A stretch of 64,000 bases of DNA from an uncultured virus (IMG/VR IMGVR_UViG_3300034019_001883). Its lineage: Duplodnaviria > Heunggongvirae > Uroviricota > Caudoviricetes. Within the stretch, counting starts at the first letter, position 1. Every line of letters begins with the position of its first letter. A program made the translations under genes and the position numbers. The stretch spans positions 1 to 64,000 of IMG/VR virus record IMGVR_UViG_3300034019_001883, one strand, 5' to 3'. Positions 46,065-55,338 of the stretch are shown piece after piece. Under the pieces are notes generated by a model. The model was given only the letters and a program-made list of their open reading frames with translations. It was not told where the DNA came from and searched no databases.

Positions 46065-46892
46065 ATGTCCAACATTGTAGCATGCACTTTACCAAACGGG
46101 ATGCAGCAATTAGCCCTGTTCAATACCATTGACCTCAAGCCAATGGCGGACGATCGCATCCGGTTCTACCGTGGCGACGCGATCGCGGTCTTGAAGCAAC
46201 GGCTAGCGGCGGGCGATCGCTGGGACTACTGCCTAACCTCCCCTCCCTACTACGGCCAGATAGACTACGGCCACGAGGGGCAACACGGGCTAGAGGATAG
46301 CCTAGACGCCTACCTGGATACTCAGCAGCAGGTTTTTAGGCTGGTGTACCAGGGGCTAGCGGAGGGCGGGGTGTGCTGGATTGTGATAGGCGATACCAGC
46401 AACAACTACAGCCCGGTACGCGCCAAGGGGCAACGGCGACAGGCGGGAGACTGGCTCTACCGCCGCAGCCTGGAGGATGACTACCGCGAGAAAGAACCCT
46501 TACTGGTGCCTATCCGCCTGGCGGAGCGGCTACGGGCTGATGGCTGGGTAATGCGGAAGATCTTGATTTGGGATAAGGGGCAAAGCAGCCAGGTGGGCAA
46601 GGGTGACGCGCCACCGGAAACCCATGAATATGTCCTGATGATGGGCAAAAGCGGCAAGAATGGGCGACCGATGTTGAATACCAAACCACTGCGATCGTCG
46701 GTGTTGGTGCATCGTCCCTGTGGCCATTCTAGCCACCCCTGCCCATTCCCTGACTCGTTAGTCCACGAACTATTGTCTAGCGCCACAGTGGCCGGGGCGA
46801 CGGTGCTAGACCCTTACTTTGGCACCGGCACCACCGGACGGGTAGCGTCCCTGCTTGGCATGAAGTCTATCGGCATTGACCTAGGAGCATAA
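46065..46892 (+). CDS. Beta-class N4-cytosine/N6-adenine DNA methyltransferase
   Basis: TSPPYY, IWDK, HEYV, HPCPFP, VLDPYFGTGTT. Confidence 0.9.
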   Translation: MSNIVACTLPNGMQQLALFNTIDLKPMADDRIRFYRGDAIAVLKQRLAAGDRWDYCLTSPPYYGQIDYGHEGQHGLEDSLDAYLDTQQQVFRLVYQGLAEGGVCWIVIGDTSNNYSPVRAKGQRRQAGDWLYRRSLEDDYREKEPLLVPIRLAERLRADGWVMRKILIWDKGQSSQVGKGDAPPETHEYVLMMGKSGKNGRPMLNTKPLRSSVLVHRPCGHSSHPCPFPDSLVHELLSSATVAGATVLDPYFGTGTTGRVASLLGMKSIGIDLGA

Positions 46893-47636
46893 ATGCTAGT
46901 CCTTGAAATTACTGAGAACACGGTCCTAAAGCCAGGGCCGGAGCAAGCGATCGCCTACGATAAGGCAGCGACAGTGAATGTCGGCAAAGGGCGATCGTTC
47001 CCGCTGTTGGCTTATCAGCTATTGCACGGCCATGTGCATTTCACCATCGACCCAAAGCGGTTTGACCTGGTGAGTTTGCACCCGAGCGGGAGAAATACTT
47101 GGTGGGCATTCGCGGGACACGCTAGCGATCCATCAGGGTTTGGCTCGGGCAATGACCCCAAAGATGAACCCCCAACCCGCCGGGATGGCCATCGGATTAT
47201 TCTGCCAGGGTTTGAGAACGACTACGCCAGCACTCAGTCAATCTCGACCAAGGCACCCAGCTTTACCTGGGGTGAAGCGCTCCATGTGCGCCCTGACGGC
47301 AGCTACCGGCACCCTGAAAATGCCTCCGTGGTGTACGGCATCATTCGGGTGGCGGAGGTGATGCAGGACATTCGGGAGCGGTTTAAGCGGCCCATCAAGA
47401 TCAATTCCTGGTATCGGAACCCGGCTACTAATGCCCGCGTGGGGGGCGCTCGTTTTTCTACCCACATGAAGGGCCATGCGGTGGACTTTAATATCCCTGG
47501 GCTGTCCCTGGTGGACGTTTATAACGAGCTGGACCATTGGTGGGGCGGCCAGGGCGGGCTTGCCCGGGGTAATGGGTTTATTCATATCGACTGCCGTGGC
47601 AGCCGTGCCCGGTGGGACTATCCTGGGGTTAGGTAG
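46893..47636 (+). CDS. Peptidase M15A (Zn D-Ala-D-Ala carboxypeptidase) endolysin
   Basis: FTWGE, INSWYR...N..VGGA..S.H..G.AVD, FIHIDCRG. Confidence 0.9.
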   Translation: MLVLEITENTVLKPGPEQAIAYDKAATVNVGKGRSFPLLAYQLLHGHVHFTIDPKRFDLVSLHPSGRNTWWAFAGHASDPSGFGSGNDPKDEPPTRRDGHRIILPGFENDYASTQSISTKAPSFTWGEALHVRPDGSYRHPENASVVYGIIRVAEVMQDIRERFKRPIKINSWYRNPATNARVGGARFSTHMKGHAVDFNIPGLSLVDVYNELDHWWGGQGGLARGNGFIHIDCRGSRARWDYPGVR

Positions 47637-47638
47637 CT

Positions 47639-48442
47639 ATGAAAATTTATACCCTTGCCGGGGTGCCCTACATCCCAGTGGTGACCGCTGGGGGCATTGT
47701 CCTAAGGAAAGCGGGACGACGGCACCAAGTGTCGCCAGGGCAGTTAGAGTTATTTGACACCCAACACCAGCAGGGCGAAACCCGCACCAACCAAGCGGGC
47801 CACCAGGAGGTGCTGCAAGAGGGGCGGTGGCACCTCGCTAACAGGACTGGACAGCCACAGCAGCAGCCAACAAAGAATCCTGCCACAATGCGATGGCACG
47901 TTACAGCGGCAGGAGATTTAATCCGGGAGAAAGGCTTTCAAGTTGGGCTTGGCGGTGGAGCGGGCGGTCCTCTGTCCGGCAAAGGCATTTCAGTTTGGAA
48001 AGACAAACAAAAGGCAGATCAATTTCACAAGCAAATGCAAGAACTTGAAGACATAAGGTCTTCGGGTGATCCATTAAAAGCGGCAGAAGCTGCCACCAAC
48101 CAGCCAATTAGCTTAACTGACGGTATGGCAGGGCTGTGGGCTGGAAAGTTAGGACGCGCACTAGACTCCCGAGAACGTGCAATCATTCATGCTCAGTCGC
48201 TACTCAGCCCATACATACCGCCTGACTCGTTCTTTGGAGATGGGCCAAGGAGAAAATTTGAAAATCTCGCCGTCCATGTTTCCTCTGAGTCGCAAGAAAA
48301 TAGCGATGGATGGGTTAATGATGACGAAGAATTGCATAGTCCTGAAAAGGTAAAGCTGGCACAACCGCAGCAGCCAACGCTCACCATAGAAGGACTCCAT
48401 GCTCTACGCCAACAAGTTGCCCAGGAGTTAGCTAGTGGATAA
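47639..48442 (+). CDS. Leader-bearing protein with putative ADP-ribosyltransferase-like insert
   Basis: Leader near-identical to 55339; RWHVT...IREKGF...GKGISV. Confidence 0.65.
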   Translation: MKIYTLAGVPYIPVVTAGGIVLRKAGRRHQVSPGQLELFDTQHQQGETRTNQAGHQEVLQEGRWHLANRTGQPQQQPTKNPATMRWHVTAAGDLIREKGFQVGLGGGAGGPLSGKGISVWKDKQKADQFHKQMQELEDIRSSGDPLKAAEAATNQPISLTDGMAGLWAGKLGRALDSRERAIIHAQSLLSPYIPPDSFFGDGPRRKFENLAVHVSSESQENSDGWVNDDEELHSPEKVKLAQPQQPTLTIEGLHALRQQVAQELASG

Positions 48443-48692
48443 ATCCCACATCGATCGCGCCTGTCAGTGGTACATGGACAACCGCGACCTCATCCGCACC
48501 ATGCTACCGCTGGAGTTGCGTCATCCCAATGGCCAAAGCCTTAGCCTATACCCGGCCAATTGGGATATTACCTACTGGGTAACCCGTTGGCAGGAGAACC
48601 GGCTAGCTACCAGCGACGCGGAGCAACTTATCTGCGGCCAGTTGCGACCCTTGTTTGAGGTGGTGCGCGATCGACGGGTGAGCCATGGCTGA
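48435..48692 (+). CDS. Small hypothetical protein coupled to 47639
   Basis: AGGAG RBS; overlaps the upstream stop. Confidence 0.6.
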   Translation: MDKSHIDRACQWYMDNRDLIRTMLPLELRHPNGQSLSLYPANWDITYWVTRWQENRLATSDAEQLICGQLRPLFEVVRDRRVSHG

Positions 48693-48696
48693 CAAA

Positions 48697-48728
48697 GCAA
48701 AACCCCAGCCATGGGGCCGGGGTGGTGG
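48697..48728. terminator. Hairpin between convergent genes (copy of 13904-13937)
   Basis: gcaaaaccccagccatggggccggggtggtgg. Confidence 0.6.
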
Positions 48729-48743
48729 CGGAGTGATAAGCGG

Positions 48744-49088
48744 CTATTCGACTGGGCAGTAATGAAGGTTTCCGCCCGTGCCTTCCCTGACCTTAACCTG
48801 GGCCTCTTCATATTCGTCTGCCGTAAACCAGACTTCTTCAAGAACCTCCTGGCCATCGACCAAAAGATACTTTCGCCTACCCGTCCCATAACCTGCTAGA
48901 ACTTCTTGCCGACTACGGGATCGAAAACGGGCTTCAAGCATTACGGCGGCCACATCGGCTATCGCAAGCACATACTCAAGAGCTTTTCGGTCGTCAGCCT
49001 GCGCATTAGCGTCGAAAACATTAGGATTGGCCAGCAAAGCTGCCATAAATTGAGCAACGGTGTCTCTATTGCGTGTGTGATAACCCAT
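48744..49088 (-). CDS. Small antisense hypothetical protein with its own promoter
   Basis: GAGG RBS; TTGACA-N17-TAAATT upstream. Confidence 0.7.
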   Translation of the reverse strand: MGYHTRNRDTVAQFMAALLANPNVFDANAQADDRKALEYVLAIADVAAVMLEARFRSRSRQEVLAGYGTGRRKYLLVDGQEVLEEVWFTADEYEEAQVKVREGTGGNLHYCPVE

Positions 49089-49122
49089 AATCTTGCTTCC
49101 TCAACGTGACTTAACACTCATC

Positions 49123-49182
49123 AATTTATCAACACTTATAGATACTGTCAAGCATATTTACAACCATAGAGCAATTTTGCAA
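49123..49182 (-). promoter_or_regulatory. Sigma-70 promoter TTGACA-N17-TAAATT with two TTG(C/T)-N6-GC boxes
   Basis: -35 at 49146-49151, -10 at 49123-49128; boxes at 49150-49163 and 49169-49182. Confidence 0.7.
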
Positions 49183-49190
49183 CACCAATT

Positions 49191-50921
49191 ATGGTTAGAA
49201 CCGTTGGCATTTACAATCCCGCTGGTATGGGTGTCACCTCTGGCCATGAGTCCACGGTGCGTTTTGACCTGCGGATTATGACCCGCACCGGGGAGACCGT
49301 GGTGGACTTTGGCGAGTTTAAGGACTTGCTCAGCTACAACGACACCCTGAGCGTCGAAAGCCCTGCCGGTAGCTGGAACTTGAAAATGAGGGCACGGCTC
49401 GACAATGAAACGCTACTAAAGCGCATCCACCCGGGCATGGTGGTTGAAATCTATGCCTCCCGCAATCAAAACCCGCTGACCAACGTAGAAGCATTTGTCC
49501 CCCAGGACCCGGCTACTAACCCGGTAGTATTTCAAACCGCTGATGGCAGTGGCTCTAACTTGAGTGATGCCTACGCGCCTGCCAATGGCCAACCTAAGCC
49601 ACCCCCTGAGCCCGACTGGGAAGATTACCTAGACAAGGCACCCTACTTACTGATGCGGGGCATTACTAGCGCCTACGGACGGTCCTCAGCGGTGATGGGG
49701 GGCGGTGGGGCGGAGACTACCCTGACCCTATCGGGTGAGTCTTACGGTGCTATCTACCGCAATGCCCAAGTACTCACCGACACCAACGCGCCCACCTCCC
49801 TAGGGCGATCGCTGGAGGTACGGTTCCAGACCGTTGACGTCAATACCGTCGTGCCTATCTACTACGGCATCCTGCGCCACTGGGTAGAACAATTCTGGTT
49901 TGACCCAAGCGACGGGCAAGGCGAAACCGGCTGGGAGGCTAGAACCCGACCAATCCCGATCCCGCCGGACGTATTCGCCAGGATTGCCAATGAGGGAAGC
50001 GCCTGGAGTGCGCTTCAATACCTAACCGTCAATGGCATCTTTCAAATGTTTGTGGACCATACCGGCGCGATCGTGTGGGAAAAGCTACCTTACTCCGGCA
50101 AGTGTCAGACGGTGCTGGATTCGGAATACCTGAAATGGAGCGATCGCCCGCTACGCAACTGGGAAGACCTACCCTTTGTCCAGTGTCCATCGTCTAGCAT
50201 CATCGCCTGGGCGGACAGGCTATCCTGCGATCGCATTGCTAACTATGTTCGTTGTACCCTCCAGGGGCAGATGGGCGCCTCCGCCGGTGATACCGCCATG
50301 GATGCAGGCCAGTGCTACAACATGGGCAGCATCAAGCAGTATGGCGGGCCGCGCAAGATGGAAATTGCCATCCCCGCCAGGCTTGCCAATAGCGGTAACA
50401 AAGATATTGACATAGAGCGAGACGGACGGGCTAGCACGTTTATGGACCTGATCGCCCTCGAAGTCATCCGCTGGTACGATCGCCCGGTGCAGCGTTGCAC
50501 CCTATCGGTACGGGGTGAGCCGGGCTGGCGCATTAATACCTGTGTGGAGGTGACAGAGAACTGGCATAACCCCGAGGCGGTGCCAGGACAGTACTTAATC
50601 CTTAGCCGTAGCCATAGCATCGAGCTAGCTACTGGCAGCTGGACAACTCAACTAGAATGTATCCGCGATCGGCGCAATCGTTACCTGGGCGCCGGGCTAA
50701 CCGAAGACCGGGACCAGCTAGGCGGCGAGGGGGAGGTAAACCCAGAACGCGCCTCCGGGCCAGTATCGACCGATGAGGAGCTAGAGGACTTTATCAGCCC
50801 CATCGAGCCTGACTTTTACTACTGGTATAACCGCAAGGGCAACAAGATGGAAGCGATCGGCGGGGCGGAAGAGTATAACGCGCTGATTCAGGAGTATTTG
50901 CCGGAAGAATGCAAGAGCTAA
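49191..50921 (+). CDS. Baseplate hub protein (gp27/gp44-like)
   Basis: Position after TMP; AGSWNL, TLTLSG, W..L...FVD..G, G.P..R.N..V...Y.I....HS......TT.L. Confidence 0.7.
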   Translation: MVRTVGIYNPAGMGVTSGHESTVRFDLRIMTRTGETVVDFGEFKDLLSYNDTLSVESPAGSWNLKMRARLDNETLLKRIHPGMVVEIYASRNQNPLTNVEAFVPQDPATNPVVFQTADGSGSNLSDAYAPANGQPKPPPEPDWEDYLDKAPYLLMRGITSAYGRSSAVMGGGGAETTLTLSGESYGAIYRNAQVLTDTNAPTSLGRSLEVRFQTVDVNTVVPIYYGILRHWVEQFWFDPSDGQGETGWEARTRPIPIPPDVFARIANEGSAWSALQYLTVNGIFQMFVDHTGAIVWEKLPYSGKCQTVLDSEYLKWSDRPLRNWEDLPFVQCPSSSIIAWADRLSCDRIANYVRCTLQGQMGASAGDTAMDAGQCYNMGSIKQYGGPRKMEIAIPARLANSGNKDIDIERDGRASTFMDLIALEVIRWYDRPVQRCTLSVRGEPGWRINTCVEVTENWHNPEAVPGQYLILSRSHSIELATGSWTTQLECIRDRRNRYLGAGLTEDRDQLGGEGEVNPERASGPVSTDEELEDFISPIEPDFYYWYNRKGNKMEAIGGAEEYNALIQEYLPEECKS

Positions 50922-51559
50922 ATCGCTGGTATCGGGTGCTAACCTATGACCCGATCGCTCAGACCTGTGTGCTAGCGCCTGCTAGTCAGCATCAGTCAGG
51001 CATCATCTATGACGTACCCATCCTAGCCTGGGGCGGCAATTGGCAGGACCAAAAGCGCGTCCCATTGCAGCTTACCCAACCGGTTGACCCGGGCGCCTGG
51101 GGCAGTAGCGACCAGGGGCCACGCTGGGGGGTAGCCTTCCCGGTGCAGCAGGGCGACCTAGCCAAGGTGGAGTACCTAGACGGCGCCGCCGTAGTGACGG
51201 GCTTTGCCAAAGGTATTCTTGGTAGCCAAGGACCGGCGATCGCGGCTGAGGAGCAGGGCGAATCCATCGAGGACCGCTTTGACCTATTGCTACCCTCCGG
51301 CGCATGGGCGCGATCGCTAGGCGATGGTAGCTGGGTGCTAAGTACTGGCCCGGTGGGTAACCCCGCCGCCCAAATTACCCTAGCCGCTGATGGGACGATC
51401 ACCCTAAACGGCAGCGCCTTGGTGATCAATACGCCCACTATCACCGTCAATGGCCAGACCAACTTTACTGAGGCAGGGCAGGCGATCAACGGCAAGGAGA
51501 TCGCGGTGGTTGGTGCTGTTGATAGCGCTGGGCACCCGCTGACGGGCTCTAATCAATAA
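50909..51559 (+). CDS. Baseplate spike (gpV/gp45-like)
   Basis: OB-like N-terminus, PVQQGD, beta-helix ITLAADGTITLNG, terminal AVVG.VD..GH. Confidence 0.75.
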   Translation: MQELNRWYRVLTYDPIAQTCVLAPASQHQSGIIYDVPILAWGGNWQDQKRVPLQLTQPVDPGAWGSSDQGPRWGVAFPVQQGDLAKVEYLDGAAVVTGFAKGILGSQGPAIAAEEQGESIEDRFDLLLPSGAWARSLGDGSWVLSTGPVGNPAAQITLAADGTITLNGSALVINTPTITVNGQTNFTEAGQAINGKEIAVVGAVDSAGHPLTGSNQ

Positions 51560-51632
51560 AAAAGCCCAGCGTTTAGCCGGGCCACTGTCCTCTTTTCCAA
51601 TCATGCTGCCCCCACTATAGCCGAGGTATTCC

Positions 51633-52031
51633 ATGCTCAAATCATTCCTGATCGGACTACTCAAGACCGTCATCGATACCGATGAATTTCGCGCTGTCAT
51701 TGCCGATGGCGTCAAAAGCGCGATCGCATCTAGCCGCACCGCCGCTAGCTTTGCCGACAAGGCAAACGAGATCGTTGGCGTGACCTCCGTCCGCTATGAC
51801 GCGCTAGGGCTCAAGGGTAAATTGCTGAAGGGCTACCTGCTGCAATTGCTAAAAGAGCTTGCCAACGAAAGCCCTGCGATCGCGACGGGGTTACGCCATG
51901 GTGAGCCTTACCTAAAAGCAGTGCTTGACGGCATCAGCCCGGACGAGATCGCCACCGTCAGCATGTCGTTGTATAGCTTTCTGAAAATCCAGGCGATCAA
52001 GGTGGCTAAGGAGCAAGGGTTAGCTGAGTGA
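51633..52031 (+). CDS. Hypothetical protein
   Basis: GAGG RBS; 132 aa. Confidence 0.65.
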   Translation: MLKSFLIGLLKTVIDTDEFRAVIADGVKSAIASSRTAASFADKANEIVGVTSVRYDALGLKGKLLKGYLLQLLKELANESPAIATGLRHGEPYLKAVLDGISPDEIATVSMSLYSFLKIQAIKVAKEQGLAE

Positions 52032-53221
52032 ATAAGAGCGATCGCGCCCGTTATGCCAGGGCAAACCATATTTTCTTTCGGCACGTTGGCCAGGAAACCA
52101 AGGACGTTTACTTTCGCGTAAACCCCCAAGCGATCCGTGTGCAACAGCAAAGTAAGGGTTCAGTAGTTGATACCCTGGGCGGGTACTTCAGAGAAATTCT
52201 GTACTCTGAAGACCCGCAGCGTAATGGGTTGATGCTACCGGACCTAACGATTGAATGTGACACCGGCGCGGGCTACCGCAAGGAGTTACAAAAGCTGGAA
52301 TGGATATGGCGCAACCACGGCACGCCCAAGGAGGATGGCTCCCCGGCGGATACCTACTTCATGGACATGGCGGACGAGGATACGCTTTGGTTTGATGGCG
52401 CATCGCCCAGTAGCCCATGGACCGATGGCGGCATTGGTGCAGGGCTCCCCCAGGGGACTGACCCAACGCCGCCCACCAACCCCGGGCTAACCCAGGCGCA
52501 ACTACAAAAGGCGGTGGACCTAAAGCGGCAGTACAAGAGCAGCATCGCCAAGACCCTCAAGGGTAGTCGCTTTGTACCCCGGTGCTATCGCATTGAAATC
52601 CTTAGCTTTGCCTGGGATGAATCGGTGCAAGACCCTTACCGCATTCGGTTTAACTTTCGGTGCAAGATCCTCAAGGATGAATTTTGGCAGGTAGATCAAC
52701 CCCTGGCTGAAGGCACCGCAGTACAACCGCTCGAAGAATGGACTGATGGCGGCATCGGGCCGACCAAAGCGCCCATTGGCGACAAGGGCAAAATGGTAGA
52801 AGAGGCGCTTAAGAAAAGTACCGACTTCCCCCTGAACCCCGCCGCCCAGGTAGCATTGATCCGAACCACCCTAGGCTTGCTGCCTGGCAACGTAGGCGCG
52901 ATCGTGACGCCCTTAATCAATACGGTGATGGACTCCGTTGGACTAGGGGAAACCCAGATGCTTGCCAATGCCATGGAGCAGGGCTGGAGCGCCTATGACC
53001 CTGAGTTAGGGCAACGGCTCTATTGGCGCTCTGAATTTTCAGGTGTTCAGGCCACCCAAAATATGACTGAGCAACTAAAAAATGTTTATCCGGCCCTCCC
53101 CGCCTCCGTGCAGGCGGTACTGAGCCAGACGGGGGTGCAGGTGGGGCCATGGTCGCCGGCGGCGGTGGATGGGCTATCAGCAGCGGTGCAGACGCTTAGC
53201 ATTTTGGGAGTCAAAATCTAA
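52028..53221 (+). CDS. Putative tail tube initiator/baseplate protein
   Basis: FRVNPQ.I......TLGG, LTI...TG, F.W.ES...P....FNF. Confidence 0.6.
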   Translation: MNKSDRARYARANHIFFRHVGQETKDVYFRVNPQAIRVQQQSKGSVVDTLGGYFREILYSEDPQRNGLMLPDLTIECDTGAGYRKELQKLEWIWRNHGTPKEDGSPADTYFMDMADEDTLWFDGASPSSPWTDGGIGAGLPQGTDPTPPTNPGLTQAQLQKAVDLKRQYKSSIAKTLKGSRFVPRCYRIEILSFAWDESVQDPYRIRFNFRCKILKDEFWQVDQPLAEGTAVQPLEEWTDGGIGPTKAPIGDKGKMVEEALKKSTDFPLNPAAQVALIRTTLGLLPGNVGAIVTPLINTVMDSVGLGETQMLANAMEQGWSAYDPELGQRLYWRSEFSGVQATQNMTEQLKNVYPALPASVQAVLSQTGVQVGPWSPAAVDGLSAAVQTLSILGVKI

Positions 53222-53550
53222 TGCCCCTCCTTCTCCCTAGCGAATATTCCCCGGAAGCCTTGATGGCCGATATACCTTTGCAACGGGCCGCCGTAAACCA
53301 GCTAACCATGCAGGTAGTCGCCCTTGATGAAGGCATCAACCTACCCATCTCGCCCACCGTTGGCCCAACCCGCCAGGGTGTACGCCAGTACGAGGTAGGC
53401 ACCTTTGAAACGCTCCCCACGATCGCGGCTAAGGTGTACGGTTCCCCCGACCGATGGACTGCGATCGCGGCGGCGAATGGGCTTAGCTATCCGTACATTG
53501 TCACCCCTGGCCAGTTGCTAACCCTACCGGAGCTACCCGTCGATGGCTGA
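53221..53550 (+). CDS. LysM-domain baseplate protein
   Basis: ETLPTIAAKVYGSPDRWTAIAAANGL..P....PGQLL.LP. Confidence 0.85.
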   Translation: MPLLLPSEYSPEALMADIPLQRAAVNQLTMQVVALDEGINLPISPTVGPTRQGVRQYEVGTFETLPTIAAKVYGSPDRWTAIAAANGLSYPYIVTPGQLLTLPELPVDG

Positions 53551-53977
53551 TGTGATTGAGTCGATCTTTGGCAGCGACATTGCCTTTGACGCATCGCCCG
53601 GGCTAACCGATGCGATCGCCAGTAGCACGGAGACGGACCTAGCCTACCGGGTGGGGGTACTGAGCCTGCGGGAGGAGATCGAGCGGCTATTTATGACCCC
53701 CAAAGGTAGCTTTGTCGATGATCCGACCTACGGCATCGACTGGGGGTTAATTGGCACCAACTTTGACCCACGGGTAAGCCTGGGGATGGCCCGACTAGCG
53801 GCCCTCAATGCACTCCAACACCCTAGCTTTAGAACCCGCTTTAGGGTGCGGCAACTGGAGACCGACTATAGCTTCCAGACGCCTAATGCTATCTACGTCT
53901 ACGGACTACTAGAGGTATTTGGCTTTAGCGGTGCCGCATTTCAGTTCGGACCGATCGCCCTTCAACTCATGGGATAG
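53543..53977 (+). CDS. Baseplate wedge gp25/GPW-like protein
   Basis: FGSD...DL...TPKGS...PTYG. Confidence 0.75.
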   Translation: MADVIESIFGSDIAFDASPGLTDAIASSTETDLAYRVGVLSLREEIERLFMTPKGSFVDDPTYGIDWGLIGTNFDPRVSLGMARLAALNALQHPSFRTRFRVRQLETDYSFQTPNAIYVYGLLEVFGFSGAAFQFGPIALQLMG

Positions 53978-53979
53978 CT

Positions 53980-55335
53980 ATGGCTGACAATGTACGGTTT
54001 CTCACCTGGCAGGAAGTATTGGACCAGATGCTATCCTTCCTGCCACCCCAATGGCGTGCCAACTTTACCGGCAAGCTATTTAAGCGCCTCCTGGTGGCCT
54101 TCAGCCTATCGATGGAGGGATTATATGGGTTTCTCTCCCACGTGCTGCGGATGAGCATCCTAGCCACCAGTGAGGGGCAGTGGCTCAGGCAATTGGTAGC
54201 AGGCTTTGGCATGAGCGCCAATGCGGGCATTGCAGCGGTGGCGGCGGTGCGCTTTGAACGCTACGGGGCGACAACAACCGCGGTTACCATCCCTGTGGGG
54301 ACGGCGGTACAAACCAGTGGTGGGCTTGTCTTTACCACCAATTCATCGGCAACGCTGGCGATCGCTCAAAGCTCGACCTTAGTAATTTGCACCTGTAGCC
54401 AGCCAGGGACGGTGGGCAATGTGGTTGGGGGCAGCATCAACGCGCTGCGATCGCCGATTGTGGGTATTGACAACGTGATAAACCTGGACCCGGCGGTGGG
54501 TGGTGCCGACCCGGAGGCGGACGCGTCGATTAAGGCCAGGGTGCCCCAGCATTTAGCAATGTTGCACCGGGCCACCATACCGGCCACCGAGGCGGCAATC
54601 CTGGGCCAGCCCGCGTTATTCCCGTCGGTGGTGAGCTTTATCACTGAACGGCGATCGGACCTACCCGGCTACGTGCGAGGGGTGCTAGCCGATGCCAGCG
54701 GCGGCGACCTATTTCGCCCAGGCACCTGGCAAACGACGGACCTACCCGGCACCTATTACGTGGTGACCAGTCAAACGCCCCAGGGGTTAATCGAGGCGGG
54801 CTGGCCCTGCAAGCGCTTTGGCGTGGTTAGCCAAACCACCGACGGCAGGGAGCAATGGAACCCGTCTGACTCAGCGGTGACCGTCTCCCAGGGTAATTAC
54901 CGATGGTTCTATGACACCAGCAACAGCCGCCTCTATGCCCGGGGAAATGGCGGCAACTTGAATAGCCTGGAGATGGTGATCTACGCGGGGGTGGTATGGC
55001 AGGCGGTACAAGAGCTTGAAACCAAATGGGTAGCGGCAGGGGTTGGGGTTGATGTGATCGTCCCCACCACCAGCCGGGTTGCCTTTATCCTGTCCTATGC
55101 CCTAGAACCTGGCTATACCGCCAGCACCGTGGAGGCCGCCCTAGCCGCTGCGGTTAATAGCTACGTTGGCACCCTGCGGATGGGCCAAACCTTAGAGGTA
55201 GAGGCACTCTATGGTGTCCTAGGCGGCGTCCCCGGTGCCGGTGGCATATTGCTGATCTCCCCTGCCACCAACGTGACGGTGGAGCGCGGCTACATTATCC
55301 GGGTGGCATCGGTGCAAGTTATCAGACGAGGTTAA
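53980..55335 (+). CDS. Baseplate J/gp47 family protein
   Basis: IPVGT.V.T..G..F.T, C...G..GNV, V.N.....GG.D.E.D....R. Confidence 0.9.
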   Translation: MADNVRFLTWQEVLDQMLSFLPPQWRANFTGKLFKRLLVAFSLSMEGLYGFLSHVLRMSILATSEGQWLRQLVAGFGMSANAGIAAVAAVRFERYGATTTAVTIPVGTAVQTSGGLVFTTNSSATLAIAQSSTLVICTCSQPGTVGNVVGGSINALRSPIVGIDNVINLDPAVGGADPEADASIKARVPQHLAMLHRATIPATEAAILGQPALFPSVVSFITERRSDLPGYVRGVLADASGGDLFRPGTWQTTDLPGTYYVVTSQTPQGLIEAGWPCKRFGVVSQTTDGREQWNPSDSAVTVSQGNYRWFYDTSNSRLYARGNGGNLNSLEMVIYAGVVWQAVQELETKWVAAGVGVDVIVPTTSRVAFILSYALEPGYTASTVEAALAAAVNSYVGTLRMGQTLEVEALYGVLGGVPGAGGILLISPATNVTVERGYIIRVASVQVIRRG

Positions 55336-55338
55336 CCC

